Below are positions 10,232 through 20,597 of a DNA stretch of 64,000 nt, in pieces. The translations under genes were made by a program, and so were the position numbers. The notes under the pieces were generated by a model. It did not search any database. It was not told where the DNA came from and was given only the letters and a program-made list of their open reading frames with translations. How positions within the stretch are numbered: position 1 is the first letter of the stretch; the number at the start of each line of letters is the position of its first letter. The DNA is from an uncultured Chloroflexia bacterium (GTDB lineage: Bacteria > Chloroflexota > Limnocylindria > Limnocylindrales > CSP1-4): positions 128,001 through 192,000 of the forward strand of contig CAWHDR010000001.1 in assembly GCA_963828165.1 (NCBI GenBank), in the 5' to 3' direction.

Positions 10232-11101
10232 TCAGGCAGGCGTGGGCGTCGCTGTCGGGGTCGGCGTCGGTGTCGGGGTCGGCGTGGGAACCGGCGTGGG
10301 TACGGGAGTCGGGCGTGGCGTCGGCGTGGGCGTCGGGCGCGGCGTCGGCGTGGGCGTCGGGCGCGGCGTCGGCGTGGGGGCCGGCGTGTTCTGCTCCCGC
10401 CACAGGAACTGTCGCAGCGTGAGGCCGCTCGCCCGGATCTTCGCAGCGCGTGTGCGGCCGACGTAGCGGTAATGCCACGGTTCGTACGTGTAGCAGGTGA
10501 CCGCGGTCTTGCCCTTGGGGTACGACATGATGAAGCCGTACTTGTGGGCATTGGCCTTCAGCCATGCACCCGCTTTGGTCGTGGCCCAGTCCGTGTAGTT
10601 CCAGGGCGCGCCACCACCGTAACTCCGGAGGTCGACGGTCGTACCGAGCTGGTGCTCGCTATGGCCGGCCCGGGCGCTCTCCTTGAGGGCGACGGCGTAG
10701 CCGTGAACGCGGACCCAGTAATCGAACGTCGACTTCTGGGTCGCATAGCTGCGATACGCCGACTGCACGGAGAACCGCGCACCAGCACGCCGCGCAGCCT
10801 CGGCCATCAGCTTGAGATCGGCGACGACGTGGCGTCGCACGAGGAAGCCGGAGTTGAGGCTCGCGTTGGAGGTCGAGCGAAGGTCGGTCGGCTTGTAGTT
10901 GCTCGACAGACGGTAGGTCTGGTCCAGGAGCGACTTGGCCCAGTCGCCGTAGAGCCGGTGTTTCGTCAGGGTGTCGGCGACCCGGCACGACGGCAACGCG
11001 GGCGCGGCCGAGACCGACACGGTGGCGGCAAACCCGGTCACCAGGACCGCGACGAGCAGCAGGGCGACGAGCCGGGGGCGTCGATCGTGGGCGGATGTCA
11101 T
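10232..11101 (-). CDS. Secreted M15B D-Ala-D-Ala carboxypeptidase with Pro/Thr tail
   Basis: SAYRSY, SARAGHSEHQLGTTVD, YEPWHYRYVG; signal peptide; (PT)n C-terminus. Confidence 0.9.
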   Translation of the reverse strand: MTSAHDRRPRLVALLLVAVLVTGFAATVSVSAAPALPSCRVADTLTKHRLYGDWAKSLLDQTYRLSSNYKPTDLRSTSNASLNSGFLVRRHVVADLKLMAEAARRAGARFSVQSAYRSYATQKSTFDYWVRVHGYAVALKESARAGHSEHQLGTTVDLRSYGGGAPWNYTDWATTKAGAWLKANAHKYGFIMSYPKGKTAVTCYTYEPWHYRYVGRTRAAKIRASGLTLRQFLWREQNTPAPTPTPRPTPTPTPRPTPTPTPRPTPVPTPVPTPTPTPTPTPTATPTPA

Positions 11102-11225
11102 GCCCCCACGATGTCAGCGCGCACCACCCCCGTCCACTCCCCCGAACGTACCGGCGGCCACCGGTCCCGAGGCGCCTGTCAGGTGGTCCCGAAGGGCCGA
11201 TGCGGTATCATCTCGGCCGCTCCAC

Positions 11226-11300
11226 TGGCGAGTGGCCAAGCGGTAAGGCGCCTGACTCTGGATCAGGAGATCGAAGGTTCGAATCCTTCCTCGCCAGCCA
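11226..11300 (+). tRNA. tRNA-Gln (anticodon CTG), encoded CCA
   Basis: TGGCGAG acceptor, CCTGA-CTCTGGA-TCAGG anticodon arm, GGTTCGAATCC T-arm, CCA end. Confidence 0.97.
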
Positions 11301-11519
11301 CACCACGTGCCTCAAGGCACGGGCCTGATGGGCTATCAAGAACGGCTCCGGCCCAGGTGTGAGGGGCGCGCGACTCGTGTTCCGCTCGGCCAGCGACCGC
11401 CGTCCCCCGCCACCAGCAGGCCGCGTGCAACGGCCTTCGCGCACGTATCTCGGACGATCCGCCTGGGACGATCAGTGAACCGCCGCTATGCTCAAGTTGA
11501 TGCTGCCGATGGTCCACCC

Positions 11520-12329
11520 ATGACCGACCCTCTCGTCCTGGAGGCCGCGGACGCCCGGCTGACCGTGAGCGCCATGGACGGCGGTCGGATGACATCGCTC
11601 GTGGTTCGGGGGTACGAGCTTCTCGTCACCACGGGCGACGGGCCGATCATGTGGGGCGCCTACCCGCTCGCGCCGTTCGCCGGGCGGATCCGCGACGGAC
11701 GGTTTCGGTTTGACGACATTGAGGTGGAGCTTCCGATCAATCTTCCACCCCACGCGATCCACGGCACCGTCTTCGAACGAGCCTGGCGCGTGGAAGGCCC
11801 CGACACGATATCGACGGACCTCGGCCCCGACTGGCCTTTCCGAGGGCGGGTCGTGCAACAGTTCCGCCTCGACGCCCACGGGCTCAACGTCGCACTCCGA
11901 CTCGAGGCCGAGGAGCGGATGCCCGCCACGATCGGCTGGCATCCATGGTTCGTGCGTCGGCTACTGGGAACCGATGCCGACGTCGAACTACGGTTCGAGG
12001 CGGAACGGATGTACGAGCGCGACCTATCCGGCCTACCGACCGGGCGCCTGGTCATGCCTAAACCGGGGCCATGGGATGACTGCTTCGTCGGCCTGCGCGC
12101 GGCTCCGCGGCTCACCTGGCCGGGCCACCTCGCTCTCGAGCTGCGATCGACGTCCGACCACTGGGTCGCGTACACGGAACTCGGCCACGCCCTGTGCGTG
12201 GAGCCCCAAACCGGACCTCCCGATGACGTCAACCTCGGAACGAGCGGCATGGTGGAGCGCGGCGACACCCTTGAGGTTGAGATGAGCTGGTTGTGGTGGT
12301 CTGCCGGGGAGCCGGCTCCGTCACGATAG
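11520..12329 (+). CDS. Aldose 1-epimerase family
   Basis: PFAGRIRDG, HAIHG, GWHPWF, CVEPQT. Confidence 0.88.
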   Translation: MTDPLVLEAADARLTVSAMDGGRMTSLVVRGYELLVTTGDGPIMWGAYPLAPFAGRIRDGRFRFDDIEVELPINLPPHAIHGTVFERAWRVEGPDTISTDLGPDWPFRGRVVQQFRLDAHGLNVALRLEAEERMPATIGWHPWFVRRLLGTDADVELRFEAERMYERDLSGLPTGRLVMPKPGPWDDCFVGLRAAPRLTWPGHLALELRSTSDHWVAYTELGHALCVEPQTGPPDDVNLGTSGMVERGDTLEVEMSWLWWSAGEPAPSR

Positions 12330-12348
12330 GAACACGTCCCAGTCGGAC

Positions 12349-13832
12349 TCACATCCGGTGGAAGGCCGGTGCCAGCGACGGGTAGAGGCCCCGATAGATG
12401 TCGAGGGCGTCCGCGTACTGCGCCGCGTCCGGTCCCGGCTCGGCGATCGGGGTGGCCCTGACCAGTGCTGCGCCGGCTGCCTCGACGGAGCCAAACCAGC
12501 CAGCCCCGACCGCCGCGAGCAACCCCGCGCCGTACGCCGCCCCCTCGGTCGTGTGGACGGTGGCGATCTCGGCCCCCAGGACATCGGCGAGGATCTGGCG
12601 CCAGAGCGGGCTCGCCGTTCCCCCACCGGATGCGCGCACCTGCGACGGCGCCGGCATCCCCGTCGCCAGCACCTGGTCGAGGCCGTCGCGCAGCCCGAAC
12701 GCCACGCCCTCCAGCACCGACCGGGTGAGATGCCGGCGGTCGTGGCCCACGGTCAGCCCGACGAACGCGCCACGCGCGAGCGGGTCGGCATGGGGGCTCC
12801 GCTCGCCGGTCAGGTGCGGGAGGAACAGCAACCCGTCACTCCCCGCCGGAACCTCCGAGGCCGGCCCGACCAGCTCCCCGAAGTCCACGCCCGGCGCCAG
12901 CGCATCGCGAAACCAGCGCAGGCTGCCGGCGGCTGACAACATCACCGTCATCAGGTGCCACCGATCCGGCACCCCGTGGCAGAACGCCTGGACCTGGCCG
13001 CGTGGATCGCGCAGCGGGGACTCGGTCGTGGCGAAGATGACACCCGACGTCCCGAGCGAGAGGGCGACGACGCCCGGAGTGACCGCTCCGACCCCGACCG
13101 CGTTCGCCGCCTGGTCGCCGCGCCCGCCACGACCGGCGTCCCCTCTCGCAGTCCGGTCACCGCGGCCGCCTCGGCCGTCACCGACCCGGTCACCGCGGGA
13201 CCCTCGAACGTCGGCGGGAGCCACACCGGATCGATCCCGACTGCCGCCACCACCTCCGCCGACCAGTCGCGGGCGGCGAGATCGAACAGGATCGTGCCGG
13301 CGCCGTCGGCCTTGTCGAGCGCGTACTCCCCGGTGAGCCGATGCCGCACGAAGTCCTTCGGCAACAGGACATGGGCGATCCGCTCCCAGACCGCAGGCTC
13401 GTGGTCGCGGACCCAGACGAGCTTCGGCGCCGTGAATCCGGTCAGCGCGTCGTTCCCAGTGATCTCGATCAGCCGCGCCGCGCCGACCGCCTCACGGATC
13501 GCGTCGCATTCGGCGGCCGTCCGTTGGTCGTTCCACAGGATCGCCGGCCGCAGCACCTCCCCCGCCCCATCGAGGAGCACCGCCCCGTGCATCTGGCCCG
13601 TCAACCCAACGGCCGCGATGTCCGCCCCGCCGACGCCGGTCGAGGCGAGAACGGACCGAACCGCCGCGATCGTCCCGTCCCACCACAGCCGCGGGTCCTG
13701 CTCGCTCCAGAGCGGCCGCGGGCTGTCGAAACCGTACTCGGCATGGCCGATCCCGACGACGGCGCCCGCCTCGTCGAGGATGACGGCCTTCGTCGCCGTC
13801 GTCGAAACGTCGATCCCTAGGACGTTGCCCAT
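12349..13832 (-). CDS. xylB: Xylulokinase, frameshift near 13123
   Basis: GIDVSTTATKA, GLTGQMHG, ILWNDQR; C-half DQAANAVGVG and LTGERSP in another frame. Confidence 0.88.
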
Positions 13833-13840
13833 CGCCGGGC

Positions 13841-15178
13841 TCAGCGGTCCGCGGCCCAGATCCGCTGGTTGACGAGGTTCTCCAGCCGCTCCTGACCACC
13901 CGAGACGCGACGAGGGTCGATGCTGCCGTTCGCGACTCGCGCCTCGAGCGCCGCGAGGTCGAGCGACCCGTCCATGATCGCGGCGCCGAGCGGCCCGTCC
14001 CAGCCCGCGTACCGCTGGTCACGGAGCTCGGCCAGTTCGCCACGCTCGACCAGGTCGGCCGCGACCAGCAGCGCCTGCGCAAGCGTGTCGAGCGCGCCGA
14101 TATGCGCGTGGAACAGGTCGGTGCGGTCCGTGCTCTGCCGGCGCAGCTTCGCGTCGAAGTTGAAGCCGCCCAGCCCCAGGCCACCCGACCGCAGGATCTC
14201 GAACATCGGCAGGACGAGATCCTCGACCGAGTTCGGGAACTGGTCGGTGTCCCAGCCGTTCTGCGGGTCGCCGCGGTTGGCGTCGACGCTGCCCAGCATC
14301 CCGTTGGCGACGGCGTACGCGATCTCGTGATGGAAGCTGTGGCCGGCGAGGGTCGCGTGGTTCGCCTCGATGTTCGTCTTGTACTCGTCGTCGAGGCCAT
14401 TGCGCGCCAGGAAGCCGTGCACCGTTGCCACGTCGTAGTCGTACTGGTGCTTGGTCGGCTCCATCGGCTTCGGTTCGATGAGCAGCTGGCCCTCGAACCC
14501 GATCCGGTGCTTGTGCTCGGCCACCAGGTGCAGGAAGCGCGCGAGCTGGGCGCCCTCGCGCCGGAGGTCCGTGTTGAGCAGAGTGTCGTAGCCCTCGCGA
14601 CCGCCCCACAGCACGTAGTTCTGGCCACCCAGTCGCTGGGTCACCTCGAGCATGTGCTTCACCTGGGCGGCGGCGTAGGCAAACACCTCCGGATCCGGGT
14701 TCGTGGCGGCGCCCGCCTGGTAGCGCGGATGCGTGAAGAGGTTCGCCGTGCCCCACAGGAGCCGCACGCCCGTGCGCTCCTGGTAGCCGGCCGCGTCGTC
14801 CACGAGCGCGTCGAGATTCGACCGGAAGTCCCCGAAGCCGGACCCTTCCGGCGCGACGTCGCGGTCGTGGAAGCAGTAGTACGGCACGCCGAGCTTGGTG
14901 AAGAACTCGAACGCCACCGCCATCCGGTTCCGGGCCGCATCCATCTCGTCGCCCGTGCCGTCGAGCCACGGCCGATCGAGCGTGCCGGTGCCGAACATGT
15001 CCGCGCCGGGCCAGGCCAACGAGTGCCAGAAACACACGCTGGGCCGGAGGTGGTCCTCCATCCGCTTCCCAAGGACGAGCCGGTCCGGCTGATAGACCTT
15101 GAAGGAGAGTGGGTCCGTCGAATCCAGGCCCCTGAAGGGGATCTGCCCGGCGACATCAGGGAAGAAGTCAGCAGCCAA
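13841..15178 (-). CDS. xylA: Xylose isomerase
   Basis: [33 protein letters not shown]. Confidence 0.97.
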   Translation of the reverse strand: MAADFFPDVAGQIPFRGLDSTDPLSFKVYQPDRLVLGKRMEDHLRPSVCFWHSLAWPGADMFGTGTLDRPWLDGTGDEMDAARNRMAVAFEFFTKLGVPYYCFHDRDVAPEGSGFGDFRSNLDALVDDAAGYQERTGVRLLWGTANLFTHPRYQAGAATNPDPEVFAYAAAQVKHMLEVTQRLGGQNYVLWGGREGYDTLLNTDLRREGAQLARFLHLVAEHKHRIGFEGQLLIEPKPMEPTKHQYDYDVATVHGFLARNGLDDEYKTNIEANHATLAGHSFHHEIAYAVANGMLGSVDANRGDPQNGWDTDQFPNSVEDLVLPMFEILRSGGLGLGGFNFDAKLRRQSTDRTDLFHAHIGALDTLAQALLVAADLVERGELAELRDQRYAGWDGPLGAAIMDGSLDLAALEARVANGSIDPRRVSGGQERLENLVNQRIWAADR

Positions 15179-15222
15179 TTTGTCAGCTCCTCATACGGGG
15201 CGTCCAGGCCCTGCCCATCGGG

Positions 15223-16758
15223 TCAGGATGTCGCGGCGTCGTCGCCGAGTGCCGCGGGTTCGAATCGCAGCATCGACCAGGAGACCGGGGGCAACGTGAC
15301 CGTGAGCAAGCCATCGACCGCGGTGGCCGGCGATACGCGCCGAGGCGCGACGCGCGCGGGTTCGTTAGTCGTGTTCCGCGCGTGGGGATCGTCGTCAGCC
15401 AGGACGACATGCTCGATGATGCGCATGCCGCCAAAGCCCTCCGAGGCCAGGTCCAGCGAGACCAGGTCCGTGGCGGAGCGGTTCACCATGAATGCCGAGA
15501 CACCACCGGAGGCCGCGTCGTACGTGGCGATCCCGTCCACAGCGGGCACGGGCCCGTGCGCGGCCGTGTCCACCATCGGCACGTCGAGCACCAGCGGCAC
15601 CACCGTTCCGATAGCGTGGCGGGCGGTCAGCGAGAACGGGAAGAAGGTGGTCTGGCGCCATGCCGCTCCGCCTGCCTCGGCTCGGATGGGCGAGATCGCG
15701 TTCACGAGCTGCGCGAGGCAGGCACACGTCACGCGGTCGGCGTGACGCAGGAGGGAGATGAGCACGCCACCCACGACGACGGCATCGGCGACCGAATAGT
15801 CGTCTTCGGACAGGCTCGGTGCCACCGGCCAGTCGCCGCGGGGTGGCCGCGCCTCGAAACGACGCAGGTACCAGACGTTCCACTCGTCGACCGACACCTG
15901 GATGCGCTTGGCGCTGCCGAGCGCGGCACCGACGCCATCCGCCGCCTCGACGACGGTGTCGATGTACCGGTCCAAGACGACGCCAGAGGCCAGGAAGCTG
16001 GCAAGATCACCCGCCTCGTCCTCCTCGAAATAGGCATGCAAGGAGATGTAGTCGACGAGGTCGTACGTGTGCTCGAGGACCGTCCGCTCCCACTCGATGA
16101 AGGTCGGCATCCAGCCGCCCGAGCTGCCGCAGGCCACCAGCTCGAGCCCCGGGTCAAGCATGCGCATCGCGCGCGCGGTTTCGGCCGCGACGCGCCCGTA
16201 CTCGCTCGCCGTCTTGTGCCCGATCTGCCACGGCCCATCCATCTCGTTGCCCAAACACCACATGCGGACGTCGTACGGCGCGCCGCTCCCGTTGGCGATG
16301 CGCTCGTCCGACCGCCTCGTGCCGCCGGGGAAATTCACGTACTCGAGGAGCCCGAGTGCCTCGTCCACGCCGCGCGTCCCGAGGTTGACCGCCAGCATCG
16401 GCTCCACGCCCGCCCGGGCGGCCCAGCGGGCGAACTCGTCCACACCGAACTCGTTGGTCTCCGTCGTGTGCCAGGCGAGATTCAGCCGGCGCGGTCGCGC
16501 TCCACGGGGCCCGATCCCGTCCTCCCAGCGATAGCCGGACACGAAGTTGCCGCCGGGATAGCGGACGACCGTGACGCCGAGCTCGCGGACGAGGTCAAGC
16601 ACGTCCTCGCGGAGCCCGTCGGCGTCGGCGCAGGGGTGGCCGGGCTCATAGATGCCGGTGTAGACGCACCGGCCCATGTGCTCGACGAAGGCGCCGAAGA
16701 GGCGGCGATGCACCTCGCCGATCGGTTCGCCGATCAGGATCTTGGCGCTGGCCTTCAC
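15223..16758 (-). CDS. abfA: Alpha-L-arabinofuranosidase GH51
   Basis: FVEHMGRCVYTG, RYPGGNF, WCLGNEMDG, DEWNVW. Confidence 0.95.
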   Translation of the reverse strand: MKASAKILIGEPIGEVHRRLFGAFVEHMGRCVYTGIYEPGHPCADADGLREDVLDLVRELGVTVVRYPGGNFVSGYRWEDGIGPRGARPRRLNLAWHTTETNEFGVDEFARWAARAGVEPMLAVNLGTRGVDEALGLLEYVNFPGGTRRSDERIANGSGAPYDVRMWCLGNEMDGPWQIGHKTASEYGRVAAETARAMRMLDPGLELVACGSSGGWMPTFIEWERTVLEHTYDLVDYISLHAYFEEDEAGDLASFLASGVVLDRYIDTVVEAADGVGAALGSAKRIQVSVDEWNVWYLRRFEARPPRGDWPVAPSLSEDDYSVADAVVVGGVLISLLRHADRVTCACLAQLVNAISPIRAEAGGAAWRQTTFFPFSLTARHAIGTVVPLVLDVPMVDTAAHGPVPAVDGIATYDAASGGVSAFMVNRSATDLVSLDLASEGFGGMRIIEHVVLADDDPHARNTTNEPARVAPRRVSPATAVDGLLTVTLPPVSWSMLRFEPAALGDDAATS

Positions 16759-16783
16759 GACGCGCCCCCGATCCTGTCCCAGT

Positions 16784-17677
16784 TCATTGCGCGCCCGTGC
16801 CCATCGACGCAGTGCCCTCCATGAAGTGCCGTCGCAACACCACGAACAGGAGGATGACGGGCAACGTCGCAAGCGCCGTCCCGGCCAACACGAGGTCGTA
16901 GGACACCTTGTACTGGTTCACCAGGGATGCCAGGCCCACGGCCAGCGGCATGTTCTCCGGCTTGCGGAACACGATCAACGGCCAGAGCAAGTTGTTCCAG
17001 TACTCCAGCGCGAACAGGATGAACATCGTCGCCAGGGCGGGCCTGACGTTGGGCAGCACGACCGACCAGAACATCCGGTATTCGCCTGCCCCATCGACGC
17101 GCGCCGCGTCGAGCATCTGGGTGGGCAGGCCGAGCATGTACTGGCGCATGAAGAAAAGCCCGATGGGATGTGCGGCCAACGGGACGACAGCGCCGAAGTA
17201 CGTCTCGACCAGACGCAGGTTCACGATCAGCAGGAAGAGCGGCACGATCAAGAGCTGGAAAGGCAGCATCTGGGAGGCGAGCACCCCAACGAAGATCACC
17301 GAGCGCCCTCGGAAGCGGAACCTCGCCAGCGCATAGCCGCCCATCGCGCACAGGGATACGGTCAAAGTGGCATACCCGAGCGACTGCACCACCGAGTTGA
17401 AGAACCAATGGACATACGGCGTCTGGTCGAGCAGGCGGGCGTAGTTGTCGAGCGACAGGTCCGTCGGCAACAGCGAGATGTTCGCGCCGAAGATATCGCT
17501 CTGCGGCCTCATCGAGCTCAGGAACATCCAGTACATGGGCACGACGAAGATCACCGCCAGGAGAACGAACAAGATGAGGAGCCCGAGACTCGGGCGACGT
17601 CGGCTGGGCAGCCTTCCTCGCGCTCGCGTTCCCATCAGCCTGACCAGATCGATCGGCGTGCGTCCGGGGGTGCTCAC
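16784..17677 (-). CDS. Carbohydrate ABC permease
   Basis: DAARVDGA EAA loop, WNNLLWP. Confidence 0.92.
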   Translation of the reverse strand: MSTPGRTPIDLVRLMGTRARGRLPSRRRPSLGLLILFVLLAVIFVVPMYWMFLSSMRPQSDIFGANISLLPTDLSLDNYARLLDQTPYVHWFFNSVVQSLGYATLTVSLCAMGGYALARFRFRGRSVIFVGVLASQMLPFQLLIVPLFLLIVNLRLVETYFGAVVPLAAHPIGLFFMRQYMLGLPTQMLDAARVDGAGEYRMFWSVVLPNVRPALATMFILFALEYWNNLLWPLIVFRKPENMPLAVGLASLVNQYKVSYDLVLAGTALATLPVILLFVVLRRHFMEGTASMGTGAQ

Positions 17678-18566
17678 CGCTCTGCCCGCCATCCCCCGAA
17701 GAATCGGAATTGAATGAGCGCGACCACCAGGACGACCACGGACAGGAGGACGCCCATCGCGGCGGCTGCACCGAAGTCGAAGGACGTGAATGCCGTCTTG
17801 TAGATCAGGAGGGCGATGGTCATGCCGCCGCCCCCGGGCGAGTTACCGGCGTTCCACAGCACGAATGGCTCGACGAACACCTGGAACCCGCCGATGATCG
17901 ACAGCACGACGACGAACAGGATCGTCGGCTGGATCATCGGCAGCGTGATGCTGCGGAAGATCCGCCAGCTGCCGGCGCCGTCGAGCGCCGCGGCCTCGGT
18001 GATCTCTCGCGGGATGTTCACCAGGCCCGAGCTGAAGTACAGGATGTTGACCCCCGTCCAGCGCCAGGCGGCCATGATGATCAGTGACGGGACAGCCAGG
18101 TCGGCGGCCTCGAGCCACGGCGGAGTCGGGAGACCCACCGATCCCAGTGCGGTGTTCAGGAGACCGTCCTTGGCGAGCACGATGCGGAAGATGATCGCCA
18201 CCGTCACCAGCGAGGTCAGTGCCGGCAGGAACAGTGAGACGCGGAAGACGGTCTGCTTGACGACTCGACCGCTGTCGAGCAATGCGGCGAGGATCAAGGG
18301 CAACGGGATCAGGATCGCGAGCGTCCCGAGCGTGTAGAGCACCGTGTTCAGAAGGCATTTCCCAGCCGGGGATCTTTGATCACGGTGGCGTATTGCGAGA
18401 TCCCGACCCACCCGGTCATGTCCGTGCCTTCCCACTGTTGGAGGCTCATGATCACCGCGTGGACGGAGGGCCAGACGCGGAACACGATGAACACGAGCAG
18501 GAACGGCGCGAGGAAGACATAGGGCGCCAGCCGCCGGTCCAGGAGCACGGAACGCGCTCGGGTCAT
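17674..18566 (-). CDS. Carbohydrate ABC permease, frameshift near 18350
   Basis: PYVFLAP N-part plus EAAALDGA C-part in different frames. Confidence 0.85.
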
Positions 18567-18584
18567 CGACTGTCCTCGAATGAC

Positions 18585-18615
18585 ACCGGCGCCGCGCAGG
18601 GTGCGCGGCGCCGGT
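18585..18615. terminator. GC-rich stem-loop between binding protein and permease
   Basis: ACCGGCGCCGCGCA-GGG-TGCGCGGCGCCGGT perfect 14-bp stem. Confidence 0.65.
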
Positions 18616-18647
18616 CGGTTTCGCTACTGATGGCTATCCGCACCCAT

Positions 18648-20020
18648 TCAGGGCGCCGCTTCGATCGCCTCTTGCATCTTTGCGAGCGCCTCAGCCGGCG
18701 CGACACCGTTGACGACGACATCGTAGACGAGCGTCTGCGCGATGTAGGAGTTGATGTCCGCGAACTTCGGCCCCATCGTCAAGCCAGCCACGTTCACCGA
18801 GCTCGCTCTTGATGACCTCGAAGGTCACCTGGTCGCTGAAGCAGGGGTCCGGCTTCTGGAGCGACGGGTCGTCATAGACGTCAGGTCGATACGGATCGAA
18901 CCCTAGATCGACCCAGCCTGACACTTGTCCTTCCTTCGTCAGCTTGGCAAAGGTCACGAAGTCCTTGGCCAGCTGCTGCGTTGTCGGCCGGGGTCTGGTC
19001 GGTGACGGCCGTCCCCGTGCCACCGCCCATGGAGGTGGTGACGGTCTGCCCGTCGAACGTGGGCATGGGCTTGATGAGCATCGAGCCGCACAGGCCGTCC
19101 ATGTTGTCCGGGAACCGGGTCATGTACCACTGCGGCATCACGAACGCGGCGATCTTGCCGGCCTGCATCGCCGCGTAGAACTCCGGCGCATGGAGGAAGC
19201 CACCCGGTGACGCCATCGCGATCTTGTCGGTGTTGACCATGTCAGCGGCGAGCTGCAGCGCCTTCTCGTTGCCGGGCGAGGTGATCGTCAGGTTGCCGCT
19301 CGCGTCATAGAACCCGCCGCCCGCCATGAGCATCGGGCCGATCATCGTGTGGACGTCGGTGGTCTCGATCGTGGAGAAGAACGCGCCATTCGGGTCGGCG
19401 GTCGGATTCTGCTTCGCCATGAAGGTCTTCCCGGCGGCCTGGAAGTCAGCCCAGGTCTTGATCGAGTCGGCGTCGATCCCGGCCTTGGTCAGCAGCGCGC
19501 CGTTATAGAACGCGAGGTACGCACCGAGGTGGTAGTCGATGCCGTACTGCTTGCCGCCGAACTGGTAGGGAGCTAGCCGAGATGCGATGAGATCCGGTAC
19601 GTACGGCTGTGTCTCGGCGGTCAGATCCAGCAGATGGACCGTGCCCTTGAGGAAGTTGCTGAACTTGCCGATCTCGATGTCGACGATCTTCGGACCGCCA
19701 CTGCCGTTGACGAACGCGGCGGCCAGGTTGTCATGCATCTGGGCGTACTCGATCACCGAGGGATCGAGAGCCACCGGACGGTCCGGATTCGCCGCATTCC
19801 ATTCCTCGGCTCGCTTCTGGAACCAGGTGGCATGGCGATCGACGAACGTCCAGAAGGTGAAACGAGTGGCCTCTGCCGGCGGCGACGCTGCCGGAGCGGC
19901 GCTGCCCGTGGCGGGTGGGGCGGACGCGGATGCCTGCCCGGTCGGCGGTGCTGCGGTGCCGCAGGCCGCCGCGACAAGCGCGATGACCACGAGCAGACCC
20001 AAGTGTCGTAGCTGACCCAT
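18648..20020 (-). CDS. Sugar ABC substrate-binding lipoprotein (AraN-like), frameshifts near 18978 and 18800
   Basis: Lipobox VAAAC, FWTF, MGGGTGTAVT; C-terminus continues in shifted frames. Confidence 0.85.
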
Positions 20021-20129
20021 ATGCCCTCCTAAGTTGGCGAGGCTATGCCGCGTCCATTTCCTCACTCGGGACGCTGAAGCGCCGACACGATGCTCGCCGA
20101 CGGTAAACCTAGCACATGCTACGTGTGCA

Positions 20130-20143
20130 CGCAAGCGTGTGCA
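20130..20143. promoter_or_regulatory. Putative LacI-family operator
   Basis: CGCAAGCGTGTGCA upstream of ABC operon; similar sites at 20385 and 25728. Confidence 0.5.
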
Positions 20144-20291
20144 TACAAAACGCGTGCCTCTGGGAACGGCCTCCTTGCTGGCTGCGTTCTCGGTGCCGTC
20201 ACGAGCACGAAGCCCTTCGTTGCCGCCCGTCGTGACCTTCCTCGCCGCTCATGGTCCGCGGCCGCAGCACGGCGGCGATGGGAGACGGATC

Positions 20292-20328
20292 GAAAAGGGG
20301 GCGCCGGATGATGCCGGGCGCCCCTTTC
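20292..20328 (-). terminator. Rho-independent terminator
   Basis: Minus strand GGGGCGCC..GGCGCCCC followed by T run, downstream of the large esterase. Confidence 0.55.
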
Positions 20329-20597
20329 GATGGATCGTGGTCCACCGCCCTGGTTCCGGGTGGAATCCCACGGACACCGCTCGCTGCAAGCGTGGGCACG
20401 TCCGGGACGGGCGTGACGCGTCGACCGGAGGGAGGAGCCTGCGGTGGCCCTCGGAGGAGTCGAGGTGCCACCGCAGGATGTGTGGATCGATCGGGTTTAC
20501 CGGCCGCCGGGCTTTCGCCGCGACGGCCGCATGACTTCGTGGGTTCGGCGAGCTCTCACGATGGATCGTGTATCGCAAGCCGACCCGGACATTGCGT

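Noticed and set aside
10241-10385. Short tandem repeats
   Set aside because: Encode the Pro/Thr tail of the peptidase; not CRISPR
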